The notes under the pieces were generated by a model that did not search any database, was not told the DNA's origin, and saw nothing but the letters and a program-made list of their open reading frames with translations. A stretch of DNA of 48,347 nucleotides from Polymyxa betae A26-41 (Eukaryota > Protista > Endomyxa: Phytomyxea), in NCBI GenBank assembly GCA_003693705.1, contig RBZT01000641.1:1-48347 (forward strand). Reading direction: 5' to 3'. Made by a program: the position numbers and the translations under genes. This document shows, piece by piece, positions 12,366 through 25,085 of this stretch (position 1 is its first letter; each line of letters begins with the position of its first letter).

Positions 12366-13622
12366 TTGCAGTGATAGTCGACGGACTTCACCCGAACGAC
12401 TTCTCGCTATCCGCTGCTTGTTGTAAATGCCGAATAATTTGATTGCTTTCTTATTAAACATTATAATCATCATGATTATAAAACAGTCTATTTCAGGTGT
12501 GTTTACGTTTAGCATTTCTGACGGTGAATTTGTACCGACGGTTCTTGGTTGAAGCAACATACTGAAGAGCGTCTGAAATCGTGCTTCGGACGGTGTTGGT
12601 ATCCTATCAACGATGGAATCTTCAACTAGACACCTCGTTACTGATCAATTTCGAAGGACTTTCGATAACGAGTGTCTGGGAGCCATAGGGCTCTCGGCCC
12701 AAAACACAGCAGGCGACGCCAGTAGCGCCATTAAATGGTCTACTGGATAACAGTATGTAACACAAAACCTTTTTCTGGTCAAGATGACAGCAACGAGAAA
12801 CTTCAACTTTTAGATTCAGTTAATTCCGCAATCCCTCAATATAGTCACGAATGAATAGACGACCATCAGTCAAATCTATTATTAACCGGCCCAATTGGCG
12901 GTATCGCTATCGAAGATATTTCAATGAGATGACCCTCTATAAGTGAGATCGTGTTCTCAAGAAAATCGAAGATTCCATGGGTTAGGGTTAGGGTTTGTTT
13001 GGCTCCATGTTCCGATAAATGCATTCCGAGGCCGATCACAACTGAGCAATGTGCATCAAGTCGTTGACGGCATAATATATTACATCGACGATGGCCGGTC
13101 CCGTCCCTTTCATCAACCTTGTTACGAAAGGACATCATCTCTCGATTAGAGCACGCCGTACTCGCCCTCCACCGGCGATGAGAAACTGTCCTATCACTGT
13201 TATGGTGTTTATTAGCCTGCATAGTAGATAGAGCCTGTTGTCATCTATCTCAGTTAAAAAATCAGAAAATTTGCTCAATTTATTTTTGAATTCTTGGTCC
13301 GACAACAGACAGCAAATCATCTTTCGGCATCGGTGAGAATCTCATCAAGATTCTCTCTAATCGTGGCATTGCTTAATCATCTTTGTTGACAGCATTCGAT
13401 CTAACCGGCATTCATTGCGCATTAGATTGCTGATTCCGACGGTTATCTCCGTCGAGTTCGCTCCGAGATTGTCAGAATGTTCAAATAGGCTGCCCTCCCA
13501 GCACATCATCGATTGGTTTCTCTCCAAACCCAAAAGATGCCGTGGCGGAATCCGTTGCGGACCCGCTGGTCAGCCCATTCTGGACATTGAAGACCAAAAT
13601 CTCCCTCCGATCGCCTCCTATC

Positions 13623-14150
13623 ATGTCCCGCGTCGCTCTCTTCAACCTGTTCGCAACTCTGCTGGTCGTCGTACTGGTCCAGGCCGACGTCGCGGACCCG
13701 ACGGCGGTGACTCTGGCGCCCGCCTTCGGATTTCGTACGCTCGTCACTCGCGCTCTGGGCTTCCTCTACGAGACCGCTCAAGCGTGGCTGTGTCGGCGGA
13801 GGCCGCTGTCCGTCGGGGGCGTACTGGTCCCGGGCGCCGCGGCCCTCCTGGATGCGTGCCTGCCCCTGCTCGACAGTCTCGTGCGGCAGGGGTCGCTGCC
13901 GTTCATTGCCGTGGCGGCCCTCGGCGTCCCGGTCGTGCTGGTCCACACGAAGCTGCTGGCGATCGTGTTCTTGGTGCAGCTGGGCGCGGGTGTGGTCACT
14001 GGTGCGGGGTATCGATGGTGGTCGAAGTTTCGCAGATGGATTGGTCCGTTATGTGATCTGCTGTATACACGATTGCGGGTTCTGCGAAGGCAACAGATCA
14101 GGCGACGTTTGTCTGCGCAAGATTTCTTCAGGCCCTCAATACATGTGTGA
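13623..14150 (+). CDS. Small signal-peptide membrane protein, divergent family member D (175 aa)
   Basis: ATG 13623; signal peptide ending ..VLVQA, CLPLLDSLVR motif, hydrophobic hairpin, Arg-rich tail. Confidence 0.7.
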   Translation: MSRVALFNLFATLLVVVLVQADVADPTAVTLAPAFGFRTLVTRALGFLYETAQAWLCRRRPLSVGGVLVPGAAALLDACLPLLDSLVRQGSLPFIAVAALGVPVVLVHTKLLAIVFLVQLGAGVVTGAGYRWWSKFRRWIGPLCDLLYTRLRVLRRQQIRRRLSAQDFFRPSIHV

Positions 14151-14443
14151 ATCGTAGTTTGATTAAGACAAATTTTGCTCTGTCGAATTCAATCGTTGGA
14201 TCTCTCCTCGTAGTCTGCCACGATCTCTCTCCCTACAGCATCTCGCACTGCGCTTACGACCTGGTCGTTATCCCGTGCCAGCGAAATCCTTTAGTGGATT
14301 GAGTGAATGCGTACGGTACGCAGAGACCCCGCCACGGCCTGATGGCACAAATCCAAGAGCTCCGCCAAAAGGTTGAGCAACCGCTTCTCTTGCCCACATC
14401 GGGCAGCAACAAATGATTCGATCTGATAGAATGTTGGAATTAG

Positions 14444-14860
14444 TTAGTGGACGAAACCCGGCGTCAAGATGGCCCAATCCGAGCAGCAGAAGGCCATCAT
14501 TCTGAAGGCTGGCACTCGAGCTGCTTTCTGCGGCGACCTCCCACTCGATTTCGATGAACAGAGCGTTAATGATCCATCGCCTTGGTCAAATGGCTTTATT
14601 ATATTGAACAGGCGGAGTCCATCAATGACGATACAGCGAATCTTAAGACCTTCCATTCTCGCGCTGTTTTTTCTATCGCCAAAAAATTCGGTCGCTCAAG
14701 CCAAGGATGCTTTCTCGGCATTTTCAGACGAACAGAACGTGAACCTCTTAATCTTGAGCACATTTATCGTGCTCACACCGAAGCAAATCAAGATTAAGTC
14801 ATTCCTAAACCACATACCCAGCTCTGTGAAAATGACCTCTGTGCGGCAAAAAGGGTTAAG
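14444..14860 (-). pseudogene. Degenerate PD-(D/E)xK restriction-endonuclease-like fragment
   Basis: ORFs 14696-14893 and 14444-14656 share a frame and are separated by one TGA; reads NDLILICFGVSTINVLKIKR...ASLA*A...IRCIVIDG, resembling D..(E)xK..Q..GIVTDG of eukaryotic Crinkler-type REases with the key residues altered. Confidence 0.4.
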
Positions 14861-14866
14861 AAAGGC

Positions 14867-16325
14867 GAACAGACCCTGGCGTCGGCTTCTCAAAACTGCT
14901 CCAGATTTTTAAGAATTGCTGAAATCGGCGGTCGCAATACTGCTCCCGACATTTGCCAAAATATTCAGGAAGTACCTTTTTGTGATTCAGTTTATCGGCA
15001 TGATGTATAATATGAAAGTAGAGATATTAATCGATAAAGATAATGATTTTTATTGCCCGTTCCCAAGTAACGATCGAATCAATTTGTTGCAAATGGTTTC
15101 GTTCAGGATGATTTCTCTATCCGAGATTGCAACTTTGCTGTTACAGGTGTTGTTTGATTTGTTGAAGTTGTTGTTGAAGAAGCTGAATATCCTGCTGCCT
15201 TTGGAGATTCTGTTGTTGAAGCAGCTGAATTTTCTGCTGCTGTTGGACAATCTTTTGTTGAAGCTGACCAGTTTGCTCTTGAATTACGAACTCCATCGCG
15301 GTCTTATGACCAAGAAAAACCTCAAGAATATCTCCGAACCGGATCTGGAACTTTTCTCGGAGCACATGCAGCACTTCATTTGGGTTCGTAATTTTGTAGA
15401 AAATCGGTGCTGGTTGCCAAGGAATCCAGTGGGCAATGTAAGGGCCCATATTTGGACACACGTTCTGGTGAGCTGGTTGAATAGATCGCGCCGCAATTTG
15501 TAACATCTGTTTCAACTGAGGGCTTCGTGAAACGTCCGGAAGTCCGATGCAGCAGAATTCGCAATCGGAGTTTTGTGATTGAGTCCGGACGTCTTCTGGT
15601 TTATTCAGGACCCTTTTTCTGTCTGCAGAATCGTCATGGTAAAAGACCTCAATCCAGAGATCCGGAATGGGAATCCTATTCTTAACAGGATGCTGCCATT
15701 GTTCGAGCGAAGGCCTCTTGAGCCAGCAGCCGACATTGACTTCCCGTTCAATATACATATTGCCGGCTTTTCTCAGGCAAATTGGCGTTGCCCCTGAATC
15801 ACCTTCTGGAAATCGAGCACGAAATTGGAGGGCTAAACTCAATTCGATTTCGCTCTTCAATCGTCCACCAGGCATGACGACGTATAAAGTTTGTTCCGAG
15901 AGTGATAAATCGATAGTGAGCCGGATGGGGAGCTCTCGAATGCAGCGGATTAACTCAAAGACATCAAGGGATTGATCAAATATTAAGGCGATTAAAGTGA
16001 GATCTTCCGGCGCTGAATTAATTGCTCCCATCAATGCACTTTCCGCCCATTCTGCCATCAAATCTGGTTCCATGCTGGGGACTATGATGGTTAAACAGGG
16101 CATCTTCTTCAACAGAGTCTTTTAGACAGAATGAAAACCATGAATTCGGGCCTCGCCACAGCGCAATCAATTTTCGTACGCGAGGGGTTGCGCTCTCGTC
16201 AATTCACAAAATTGAGTCAGGAAACCCCAAAACCTAGCCGAATAGTTCGCTGTTAATCCATCAACTGATTGCAAGGATGCTCCTTCTGGGCATCGTTTCT
16301 GAAGCAGATTTCTGCAAGATGAAGT
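14867..16325 (-). repeat. ~1.45 kb dispersed cassette, copy 1
   Basis: Highly similar along its length to 28618-30028, from cgaacagaccctggcgtcggctt to agatgaagt. Confidence 0.92.
15141..16103 (-). CDS. Uma2/DUF820-like PD-(D/E)xK fold protein with C-terminal Gln-rich coiled coil
   Basis: VVMPGGRLKSEIE, EREVNVGCW and IPDLWIEVFY match the Uma2 pattern (MP..H.EI, EPD, PDLxIEV); C-terminal Q-rich heptads; first ATG 16103. Confidence 0.65.
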   Translation of the reverse strand: MPCLTIIVPSMEPDLMAEWAESALMGAINSAPEDLTLIALIFDQSLDVFELIRCIRELPIRLTIDLSLSEQTLYVVMPGGRLKSEIELSLALQFRARFPEGDSGATPICLRKAGNMYIEREVNVGCWLKRPSLEQWQHPVKNRIPIPDLWIEVFYHDDSADRKRVLNKPEDVRTQSQNSDCEFCCIGLPDVSRSPQLKQMLQIAARSIQPAHQNVCPNMGPYIAHWIPWQPAPIFYKITNPNEVLHVLREKFQIRFGDILEVFLGHKTAMEFVIQEQTGQLQQKIVQQQQKIQLLQQQNLQRQQDIQLLQQQLQQIKQHL

Positions 16326-17299
16326 CTTAAGGGGGTTCCATTTGTTGGAACTTTGTGCTCGACTCGGCAACGTCTAATTTATTAATAGGGTCGCATGCCC
16401 CATTAGTACGGTACGATCGATAGCACGCGATCGCACGGATTCTGTCAACTCCAACATCACAAACGACTTTGGTGTGCTTCTCTGTCATAGTCTGTCTCGT
16501 CATTGTAGGGCCTGACAATAGCGATTCTATGGTCGTTAACTCCTTCTTGATCGAGGACGTCCTTTGCAATTGAAAAGAGGCGGGAAGACTTCCGGCTGAG
16601 GCAAACCCCTCTTCGTCCCATATTCAAAAGACGTTTTCAATCAAAAAATAGAATCATTCGTTCCAGGCTTCAGAATGTAAACAGCGTAATAAACCATAAA
16701 GTCTTTTGGACAATGCGAAAACCCTCTCTGCTCTTGATTAGCGAGGATGATACCCTGTCATAAGGACATCTAACAGAGGACGAGGGCGCCGATGTCGTTC
16801 TAAATTCCTGCTTCTTGTGCTTCTAATATAAAGAGGGTCGAAATAGAGGTCGTAAAGAATTTTGTATATAGTCAGTTCATGATAAGATGATTAACCGGCG
16901 ATATAAATGCCAATCCGATCGGAAATAGCTCGAAAAGCCATCGTCTGGCTTTTGAAACTTTGAGTAGTCTAAACAGCGGTCAGTGAGATTGAAGTCAGCA
17001 AGCTTTGGTTCGAGACGAATTCAATAACCCTTGTTGTGCAGTCCTAGCATTTCTGAACAATAGCTCAGAGGGTATGAAGCATCCATAGACGGCGGCTTCC
17101 CGGTTTTCATTCAGAAAACATTCAGAAATCTCATTTTCGCTGACGAAACAGTAAAGTTCATACTGAGCTTCTGTTTTTTCGTGTCTTCTGCTCTGCAGAA
17201 ACAATTATGAAAAAGGCGGAATGTGTCGACAGCATGATTCAATGTCGCGGCAATAGCAGTCATCGTTCGTGAGCGTCCCCATCATCATAACAATAAGGT

Positions 17300-18420
17300 C
17301 TCTCATGTCGGTCTGATAATGGATTCTGATTGGATGATTCCGTCATTGGGCAGCATTCGTGCTTTGGCAAACTCGTCGCGAATAGAGCCAGCAACCAACA
17401 GCAATTGGTTTTGATGAAACAATATGAGGATCATATTAGACATTGCAGAACATCTAGCGTTATTTGAAATTTTTTTGCCCAGTTCTTTTAGCCCAGACCT
17501 TGACCTTGGTATATGTTTTTGGAAGCTACACACGACGGTTTGTAATCAACACGCCAGCCATCACTTTTAGTATTAGATGGATCTTGCTGCAAATGTATCT
17601 GTTGCCCAAAAGAGCCCCATCAATAAGCATGCTCAATCAAGAACCCAACTTTGATCGGAGAATAACTGCAGTGTGAAGGACTAAGTTCGCTCATACATTG
17701 TTTGAATGTTGAAAACCGGATACAGCATCGACAGCAACTTGGGAGGATGAAGATTCTCGAAGACGGAATCGCAATTGCTTTGATAACATTGTTTCTGCAG
17801 ATCGTGCATGTCAAAGGCCATCCAAATCCTTGAGCTTGAAGAATTACAGCTTCCATGGTCGGCATTGACCCTTGAATAAACTAACACAAAGATTTCAGCA
17901 GTATACAATCAGATATCAATCAACGGATTACAAATAGCGAAAGTTTAGCTCTTGGGTTTGTATGGCCAGAGAAATCGAGATTGTGCTCGAAAACTGTTTG
18001 AAGGATCTCCATACTGTTGGAAAGATCTTTGAATATATTTTCGCAGGTGGCTCGAAAAGAGTTGCAGCTATATCGGTCAGCAGCTAAGACGATTCCATTT
18101 GGAGAATATAAATCAACAGGTCGCCTTTTCTTCTTATAGATCCAACCCAGAAACAGAACGAATCGCTTCGCTTGTCGTCTTTGACATCACCCAGAGCTGC
18201 GATTCCATTCTTATTACTTTCATTGTTCTTCCGCCAGGCTGCAGCCTTCTTTGAACATGTTTCTAAAGAGCACGGAAAGCATCACTTTATGGGCGCAAAA
18301 CGGATGCGGAAAGTTGCCTCTCTCAGGTTCATGCACCGAAATGATAGCATCGCCATCCTGGTACCGACGTTCCGCCATATTAATACTCCAGCTTTGGTGC
18401 TAACATGTTGATGGAATGAT
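17300..18420 (-). mobile_element. Possible decayed Harbinger-like (DDE_Tnp_4) transposase remnant
   Basis: Fragments HGSCNSSSSRIW (GS..DS.IW-like), LIEHAY*WG (IE.AFG-like) and ARCSAMSN (AC.LHN-like) occur in the expected order but in broken frames. Confidence 0.3.
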
Positions 18421-18779
18421 CGGAATCTCCAACTACTTCTTGGTCGAAAATTTGTGACAAATTCGGATTAACCAAAATTCGACAGACATTCGCATCTGAA
18501 ACGCTCACTTCAATTCGATCAAACACTCTTTGAGCCGAGCAAACCACCGGGGACTCCCACGCTCATATACCAAAGACATGTTCGATCGGGATCGTCTTTC
18601 GGATTGTTGTGGCTTTTCAATAGAATTCAACTTGGCGCCACTGCGAAGAGAAGTAACATCATGCGATGTTTAGGGTTTCAAGCTTAGGTTGACCTCTGTG
18701 ACTGGTTGCGTGTTGGCTGCTTTCGTTGACAATGATGGAGGCCGCGTCTCTGCCTTCGCTTGTCAGTGAATGAATATCG

Positions 18780-19290
18780 ATGGCTTCTCTCCTACCGGAT
18801 GAGGCGCAGCTGTCGCCGATCCCAGATCGGTCGCGGGCGCCCTCGTCGCCGAACGCCGATGTCTCCCGCGTTCTGCTTCTGCTTGACAAGGATCGACAGC
18901 CGTCACGACGCAGCGTGATCATGGCCGTGGTCATGCTCGTCTTAGGCCTATTCTGTGCAGCTGCTGGGATCATTTCAATACTTCTGGGAGGCGATCAATA
19001 TCTCAACCTGCTTTTTCTGGGCACCATCCTTGTTATCCCAGTTACGAAATATTGATTCTTTGTGTGATATTTTCTCATTGAATTTTTACAAATGTATCAG
19101 CGTTTAGGTCAAAGAACGCTTTCTTTTCAGGTCGATTTCTTTTTCATTTTGTATTGTCCAGGGGTTTATGTGGCTTCCGAACATCAGCTGCTACAAAGTT
19201 TTTGTGTGTTTCTGGCCGGTTTTTCTCAAAATTTGCTCAGGGTGGATACCAAACGTATATCATCTTCCAAGTATATCGTCGCCGTCTTGA
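18780..19290 (+). CDS. TMEM134/TMEM230-family (DUF872-like) two-TM protein; 3' exons uncertain
   Basis: RSVIMAVVMLVLGLFCAAAGIISILLGGDQYLNLLFLGTILVIP, a GT at 19041, and a polypyrimidine-CAG acceptor near 19161 giving the family PG[V/F] motif. End coordinate approximate. Confidence 0.55.
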
Positions 19291-19308
19291 ATTTCACATT
19301 GGTCAAGG

Positions 19309-22300
19309 TCAGAACTTCTTGTGCTTCACATAACCGTTAATCTTGTGTTTGGTTAGTTCCAGTTTACGACGCCTGAACCTGGTGTCATCGAAGCTGTCTA
19401 AAAGTCTAACTTTGGCGCCGATGATATTCGCTGCCGGAACGCATTGCTTTACCTAAGCAATGAACTAGAAGGATTCATTGCAGTGAAAATTCATTTTGCC
19501 AAGACGTATATGTTGATAAAGCCATAATCGCAACGTATAAAGCAAGACGATTGATGTCATTTCTGAAAATCTGGAAAGGTTTTTTTTGTTCGCAAGCGAG
19601 TTCGTTTTGCCCAGTGAATGAATTTGAGACTTTTAGCTGAGCAAATCTCTTGTCTTGTATTTCTTTTAGAAAGCAATTTCCTTTTTTAGAACAAAGAGTC
19701 TGTCATAAACAATCCTAATGAGACTTGATCGATGCCTGGATTGACGAGCGACTTTAAGCCGGTTGGACCTTGGGGTTTGATAAAAAAATGATCGAATCAT
19801 ATCCTGGTTTAATCCAGAATGAAAGAAGATTCACGCTTGATACAGCGGTGCATATCAAGGCGAAGATCTTCCACTAATATAGAGCACAGAACGTCGCGAT
19901 TGAAAGCTTGGGCACGAGTTAAGACGTCAGCTAACCCTTCGCCAAGATCTTCACTGGTTGCGAGTTGACACCGACGCAATAATTGCAACGAAAGCGTAAG
20001 AACGTCACGAACTAGTTGGCTGTAATCGGAGGGATCCGACCTAAGGGGAAAAGTCACCATCAAACTTCAAAGTACATAAAAATGAATATCGCAAAAAATC
20101 TCCTAAACATAGTCAAAATATTCAGGTTGAAACTTTCGATAGCATCAAGCTAAGAGTTTAGACCAAAACGACGTCAACAAACAGAGGATAAAAAACTAAA
20201 CACATAGAAGAGTTACAAACTCTCACGACAAAAATGACAAAAAAATCCACAAAGAGGGATTATAGAAAGGGATTAGTGATTACACTTTCTGAGTAGAGGA
20301 GGTCGCCCGCGTTGCCTTCTTTACGACAGAATGTCCTATCAAAGAGCTTTAATCGACAGTCGCGATCGACAGGAAATCTGAGCAAACCGTATTTCTTTAT
20401 TTTCGCCCCAAATCGTTCCATATTTGTTCGCGTGATTTTGATAGGCTTCTTTACCGCATGAATATCTACCCAAGAGTGAGTTGATGTTTGAAAGAAAGCT
20501 CACATGAGCTCACAAGGAATGTGTAGTGACATTGCAGTTTGAATCGTGTCGTATGCCAGAGCTAACATTTCAAAAGCCTGTAAATATAAAAATATGAGAT
20601 TCACGAGCGAATAAATTGAAGCATAAACTGACCTTAGGATCGATCACGTGAGCAGACTCATCATCAAACTCAACCTGTTCGAGGCGCTCTCGAAGAAGAG
20701 CGAAGTTATCTCGCTTAACGCCATATGCCAACAATTTACCGCCTGAATTCTGCGACCAAATTGATGAGGGCACCTGATGGTACAATAGACCATCAGAACG
20801 GTTGAAATGAGTGCCAAATGGTAATTACATGGAGCCCAGACGTGAGAGTGGCGCCATGATCCATTGAATCCAGTAACGCTTGTAAAAGGCTGATTATATC
20901 ATCCTGAGCCAAGGCATCGCTTTCTCCAGCAATAAGCATTTTTGGAGGAGTTGGATTGAATCCTAAAACAATACGGCCAGCAATTATTACTGATCATACT
21001 CTTTGAAGGTGCAGTAATAATGACAAAACATTCTTTATCGAATGTAGGAAAAGCAGATTGAAAAGAAAAAAGCGTACCGAGCCGAATTTTGTCAAGTTCA
21101 TCTTCAAAATGAATTGCAAGCTGCTCTTTTGGGAACATGTCAGTGGAACTGCGTGTGAATAGGTTCGTAGCCGTCTGTGATGTCGTCCGGCGAAAGCGAG
21201 GTGCATGCGGTGATGGCGATACAGAAGACCGCATCGCTGACAACCGTGGCTGAACCGCGCCCCTGATGGTTCAACGTCAGAAAACCAGTCATAAACACTT
21301 CAAACAAGAAAAGCAATTCAAATTAGAAATAGAAAGCCTTTGTCATTATTGAACGCAAGCAACAAAGTTGCTTACGGCTCCACCAAAGATGTAGCAACAT
21401 TAATAACAGATTTTTACCTGGGGCTGTCCAGTATTTTAGCAGCAATCGCAGTCGAATGGTTCCCGATGTCAGCATTCTGAGAAGCAGCAAATTAGAGCAA
21501 AGTTGAGGTATGAAAACATGATAGACAACGGCAAATAACAAGTAAATCTTCCATAAAACTCATGCGATAACAAAATTGAATTGAAAGGGAATACCAAAAG
21601 CAAAGGCAGATACAGAAAGTGTACAAACTTCGATAATGCCATGGCAGTGCTGCAAGATGGCGTTCAGTAGATCGGTCTGATTCCTGGTTTTCAACCGAAA
21701 CACAAATTCACGGTCCGTCCCACCGATAGTCAGCTGTTTGGAGGAGGTCTTGAACGCGGGGGATCCAATCAGATCGATGGAGTTCAGCGGCATATCGCAG
21801 CGTTCGTCGCGGTAAACGAACAGCATATGACCAGATACAACCAAATACCTAGAAGTAAATAAGCAAAAAAAATCCAGAAACGATCTGGTTACAAAGATGC
21901 TGGTTCAGAATAGCGTTCAGAAAAATAATAGAATTAGGGAATGAGAAATGTCGAAGAAAGTTCGATAAAAAAATACCTCAGGGACCACGCTATCTTTCCT
22001 CGTTTTTGTGCAAACCCCTTGAATGTGATGACATCGGCGCCAAGTGTTTCGATGGAGCGGATCGGAAAAGCACACTGCTTCTTGCGGATTTGCTGGACTA
22101 ATTGAATCAGCTGACGTGATTCTGTGTCTCGCATCATGAGAATGTCGGCAGTCATGCTGAATGACTTGAACTGCACTGAAATCAAGCTAAAAAGCACTGC
22201 GGTTAGAGACAACCATAGAGAAAACAAAAAGTTGGAAAAAGAAAAGACATTGAACATATTGGAATGAGACAGCTCTGAAGGGAAAGCAGGAGAAAAAGAC

Positions 22301-23529
22301 AATACAAGACGCACTTTGGATGCTCGAGATGAGGATTTGTGGCATTCAGTAAATCGTCGAAAGGACGAGAGAACTCGTACTGTTGTAATTCATCACCTTT
22401 ACAGTAGAGTCTGAAAACCTGAGCGTCGCAGTTGATTGTCAAATAGCAACCGAGGCCTTTCTCGGCGAAATGTTCCAGTCGATCTGCAGACATAGCGATC
22501 CCAAAAGCTGCCACCTAACAAAGTCATCATGATAAAGTAACAGCATGCAGGCGAAAACAAAGAACGCAAGTTGAAGAAAAGGCAGATACTTTAAGTGTTG
22601 CACTTGAGGTGTCAAATCGGAAAAAAATGTCCAGGAAATGAAAAAGCAAAAGGGTTTCACAAAAGCATTAGTTAGATTGAAACAGCAGGATATACTTAGA
22701 ACAGCAAAGCAAAAACAAAAAGGAAAGCAGTATTGAAGTTCGAGATTACCCTTAATGTGATAACGTCTGTGGCTTGAAGCGGAGAGTCTGATACAGTTAT
22801 CAGAGTCTCAAGGGGCTTGCAGGCAGCCGCATCCAGCTCAACTCGATCCGAGAAAACCGTTACATGGGCAAGGAGTGCACCTTCATGGCATCAGAAATGA
22901 AGGATCGAGAGCGAATGATGACAAATTACCGAAGTTATGAAAAGAACTGGAGCATGGGCCACAGAATACAACGGCACAAGGAGGACAGAACAGAGTCGAT
23001 GCTCTATTACGGCGGTTATTCAGAATCGAGTCATGCAAATAAAAAGGAAACTTCTGAAATGATTAATCGATAATAACAGATATTAGAAAGGGTATGGCAA
23101 ACTTATCTGCAATCGTTTCTGAAAAAGTTCGAACAATAGCTTCAAAGAAAAAAGGCCAAACTTGTCAATAAATGTTCGAGGATTGCGGAAAGATCATGAA
23201 ACTGTGAGCCTAAACCTCAATAACTTCAATGTAAAAGGAATAATGACAATAATTCGAAAATGCAAGATCATAGTTTCAACAAGTCGGAAAACTGTTTGAA
23301 AACAGTTTATGCACCTTTGGCCATTGCAATACGAGCAAGGAGCACCAATGCGTTTCGGGAAGGGCAGAGCAGCACCGAGAATGTTGAAAGTGTGCACGGC
23401 TAGGGTGCCGTCACGATGCCTGAACACGACGCATTCTGGACACAGATCACCCTGGCATTGCTGGCAGTGCAGGGCGGCGCCTTGCAGCTGGCATCCTTCG
23501 CAGAGGACGTCGCCGCTGATTGCTGCCAT
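19309..23529 (-). CDS. Multi-exon gene: N-terminal B-box zinc finger, central PH domain, helical C-terminus
   Basis: Exon 1 MAAISGDVLCEGCQLQGAALHCQQCQGDLCPECVVFRHRDGTLAVHTF is a B-box; GT-AG intron 21849-21976 joins KGFAQKRGKIAWSLR to YLVVSGHMLFVYRDE..LNSIDL..REFVFRL (PH domain); further exons near 22750-22880, 22315-22514, 21415-21475, 21075-21270, 20630-20770, 19830-20040 and 19309-19452. Exact model and 3' end unresolved. Confidence 0.75.
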
Positions 23530-24641
23530 AGAAATCTGAAGCAGACCAGCATCGGGATGGAGAGAGACAGCGCCTCTACCTGTATGCAAGAATGGCCTCA
23601 AAGCCACCTCACTGTGACGGGCTGCGCTTGGGATAATGGGGTGAGTGATCTGGGGTCTCTGCAGTGCTATGCATGGGCTTGCCTGCTTCAAGCTTCTCTT
23701 AGTCACCAATGATTTTTATAAGAATTGATACAGCTTCCTTTGGAGATTAAACGACATCTTTTTTTTCTTATGTTTTCTGTTTTCTAGAAGGCCTTACCCA
23801 TTCAATTGCTGTCGTGACCATTCTAGACGAAGTCGGCAGACTGTGGTCAAGAGGAATTGAACCACACTTTTTGTTTCCAAAAGAATAATGATCAAAAGGA
23901 CACAGAAGCAGGACTGGACAGGATAGGATAGGGCTGTACAAGCGTCGCTTAGTGAAAGCGACACTTGGGTACAGGTCGTGCAGGATCGGTGCTAACTGTC
24001 GTTAAAGCTGCCGTGTTGGCGGTAGCGGCTTCTCGGCTTCTCAAGCGGGCTGTGCAAATGCGCGCTCTCCATCTGTTTCAGCCTTCAGGAGGCTGCGTAG
24101 GAGTGGCATCTTATTGAATTTTGGAAGGCTTCCGACTCGTGAAATTCAAGGCTGTAGGGTGATGAGCTGATAGTTTGGAAGATGTCTGCAACTAAAGTAT
24201 AAAAGCATTCAATTCAAAAGTAAATACTCTTAGTATGCATTTATGATGACAAAGATTCCAGATGATAGCTTGGTTCAAACAGGCATTTGGACTCCAGAGA
24301 AAGTTTTGCGGAAAATTCAGTTTACCTCGAATCAAATAACGCTTTGGTTGATAATAAAGCGGCATAAGTTCTCGGCCTTCTCTAGGCCGCATCATCAGCT
24401 TAAAAAATCCACAGAAAACGATGTATTCAACCGATTCACTGGCTCATAAATTCAAATTTGCTAAATCTTCAAGTCAGACAATTTAACAGCAAAACCTCAT
24501 GGCTCAATAAATCATCTATCGATCCATTGCGAGAGATGAATTCATTCTGAATCCGCAAACCGATCGAATGGTCAAGGGTTGGGTTGGTCAAAAACCCTAA
24601 TGCAAAAGATATCTTAACCCAGCTCGTGGAGTACTCCACCC

Positions 24642-25004
24642 TAGGGTTCTACCGTTTCCTAAAAGGAAAGGCCGGAACCAATGGCTTGACAAATAAGAGC
24701 TGACCTTTGCGCAGTCATTTTGTACATCAAAACTCGGAGAGATCATCGGTAGGGTTTTACCGCGTCGGGTCAGAAAAGGCCGCCAGTGTTCTTGACCAAT
24801 GAGATCAGACCTTTGCGCAGTCCTACCTCAAAAAATCGGGAAAATCTTCAATAGGGTTCTACCGCTTCGGGTCAGAAAAAGGCCGGAACCAATGTCTAGA
24901 CTAGTGAGTCTCACTGTGAGAGCTGACCTTTGCGCAGTCAGACCATTTCCACTTCGGAGCGATCGTCAAAATGGTTTTACCGCGTCGGGTCACAAAAAGG
25001 CCGG
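24642..25004. repeat. Tandem array of ~3.3 units of 102-118 bp
   Basis: Units start at 24642, 24750, 24852 and 24970 (ggttYtaccg..aaaggccg); invariant GACCTTTGCGCAGTC at 24702, 24808 and 24925. Confidence 0.9.
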
Positions 25005-25085
25005 CCAGACCCCGAATATCATGACCCGCGAGGGTCCGTCGCATGGTCATTTCCATTTTCGCCTTAAGACACGGAACGATCGTCC

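Noticed and set aside
14916-15503. Leu-rich + strand ORF (also 28832-29125)
   Set aside because: Antisense translation of the CAA/CAG Gln-rich coil of the Uma2-like gene.
24365-24400. Possible minus-strand hammerhead core (CTGATGA..GGCC hairpin)
   Set aside because: Extra bases after CTGATGA, GAGAA instead of GAAA, and no stems I/III found.
24642-25004. CRISPR-like array, or U4 snRNA copies (CTTTGCGCAGT resembles the U4 5' end)
   Set aside because: The inter-repeat sequences are homologous to each other, no cas genes are present and the context is eukaryotic; U4 similarity stops after about 11 nt.
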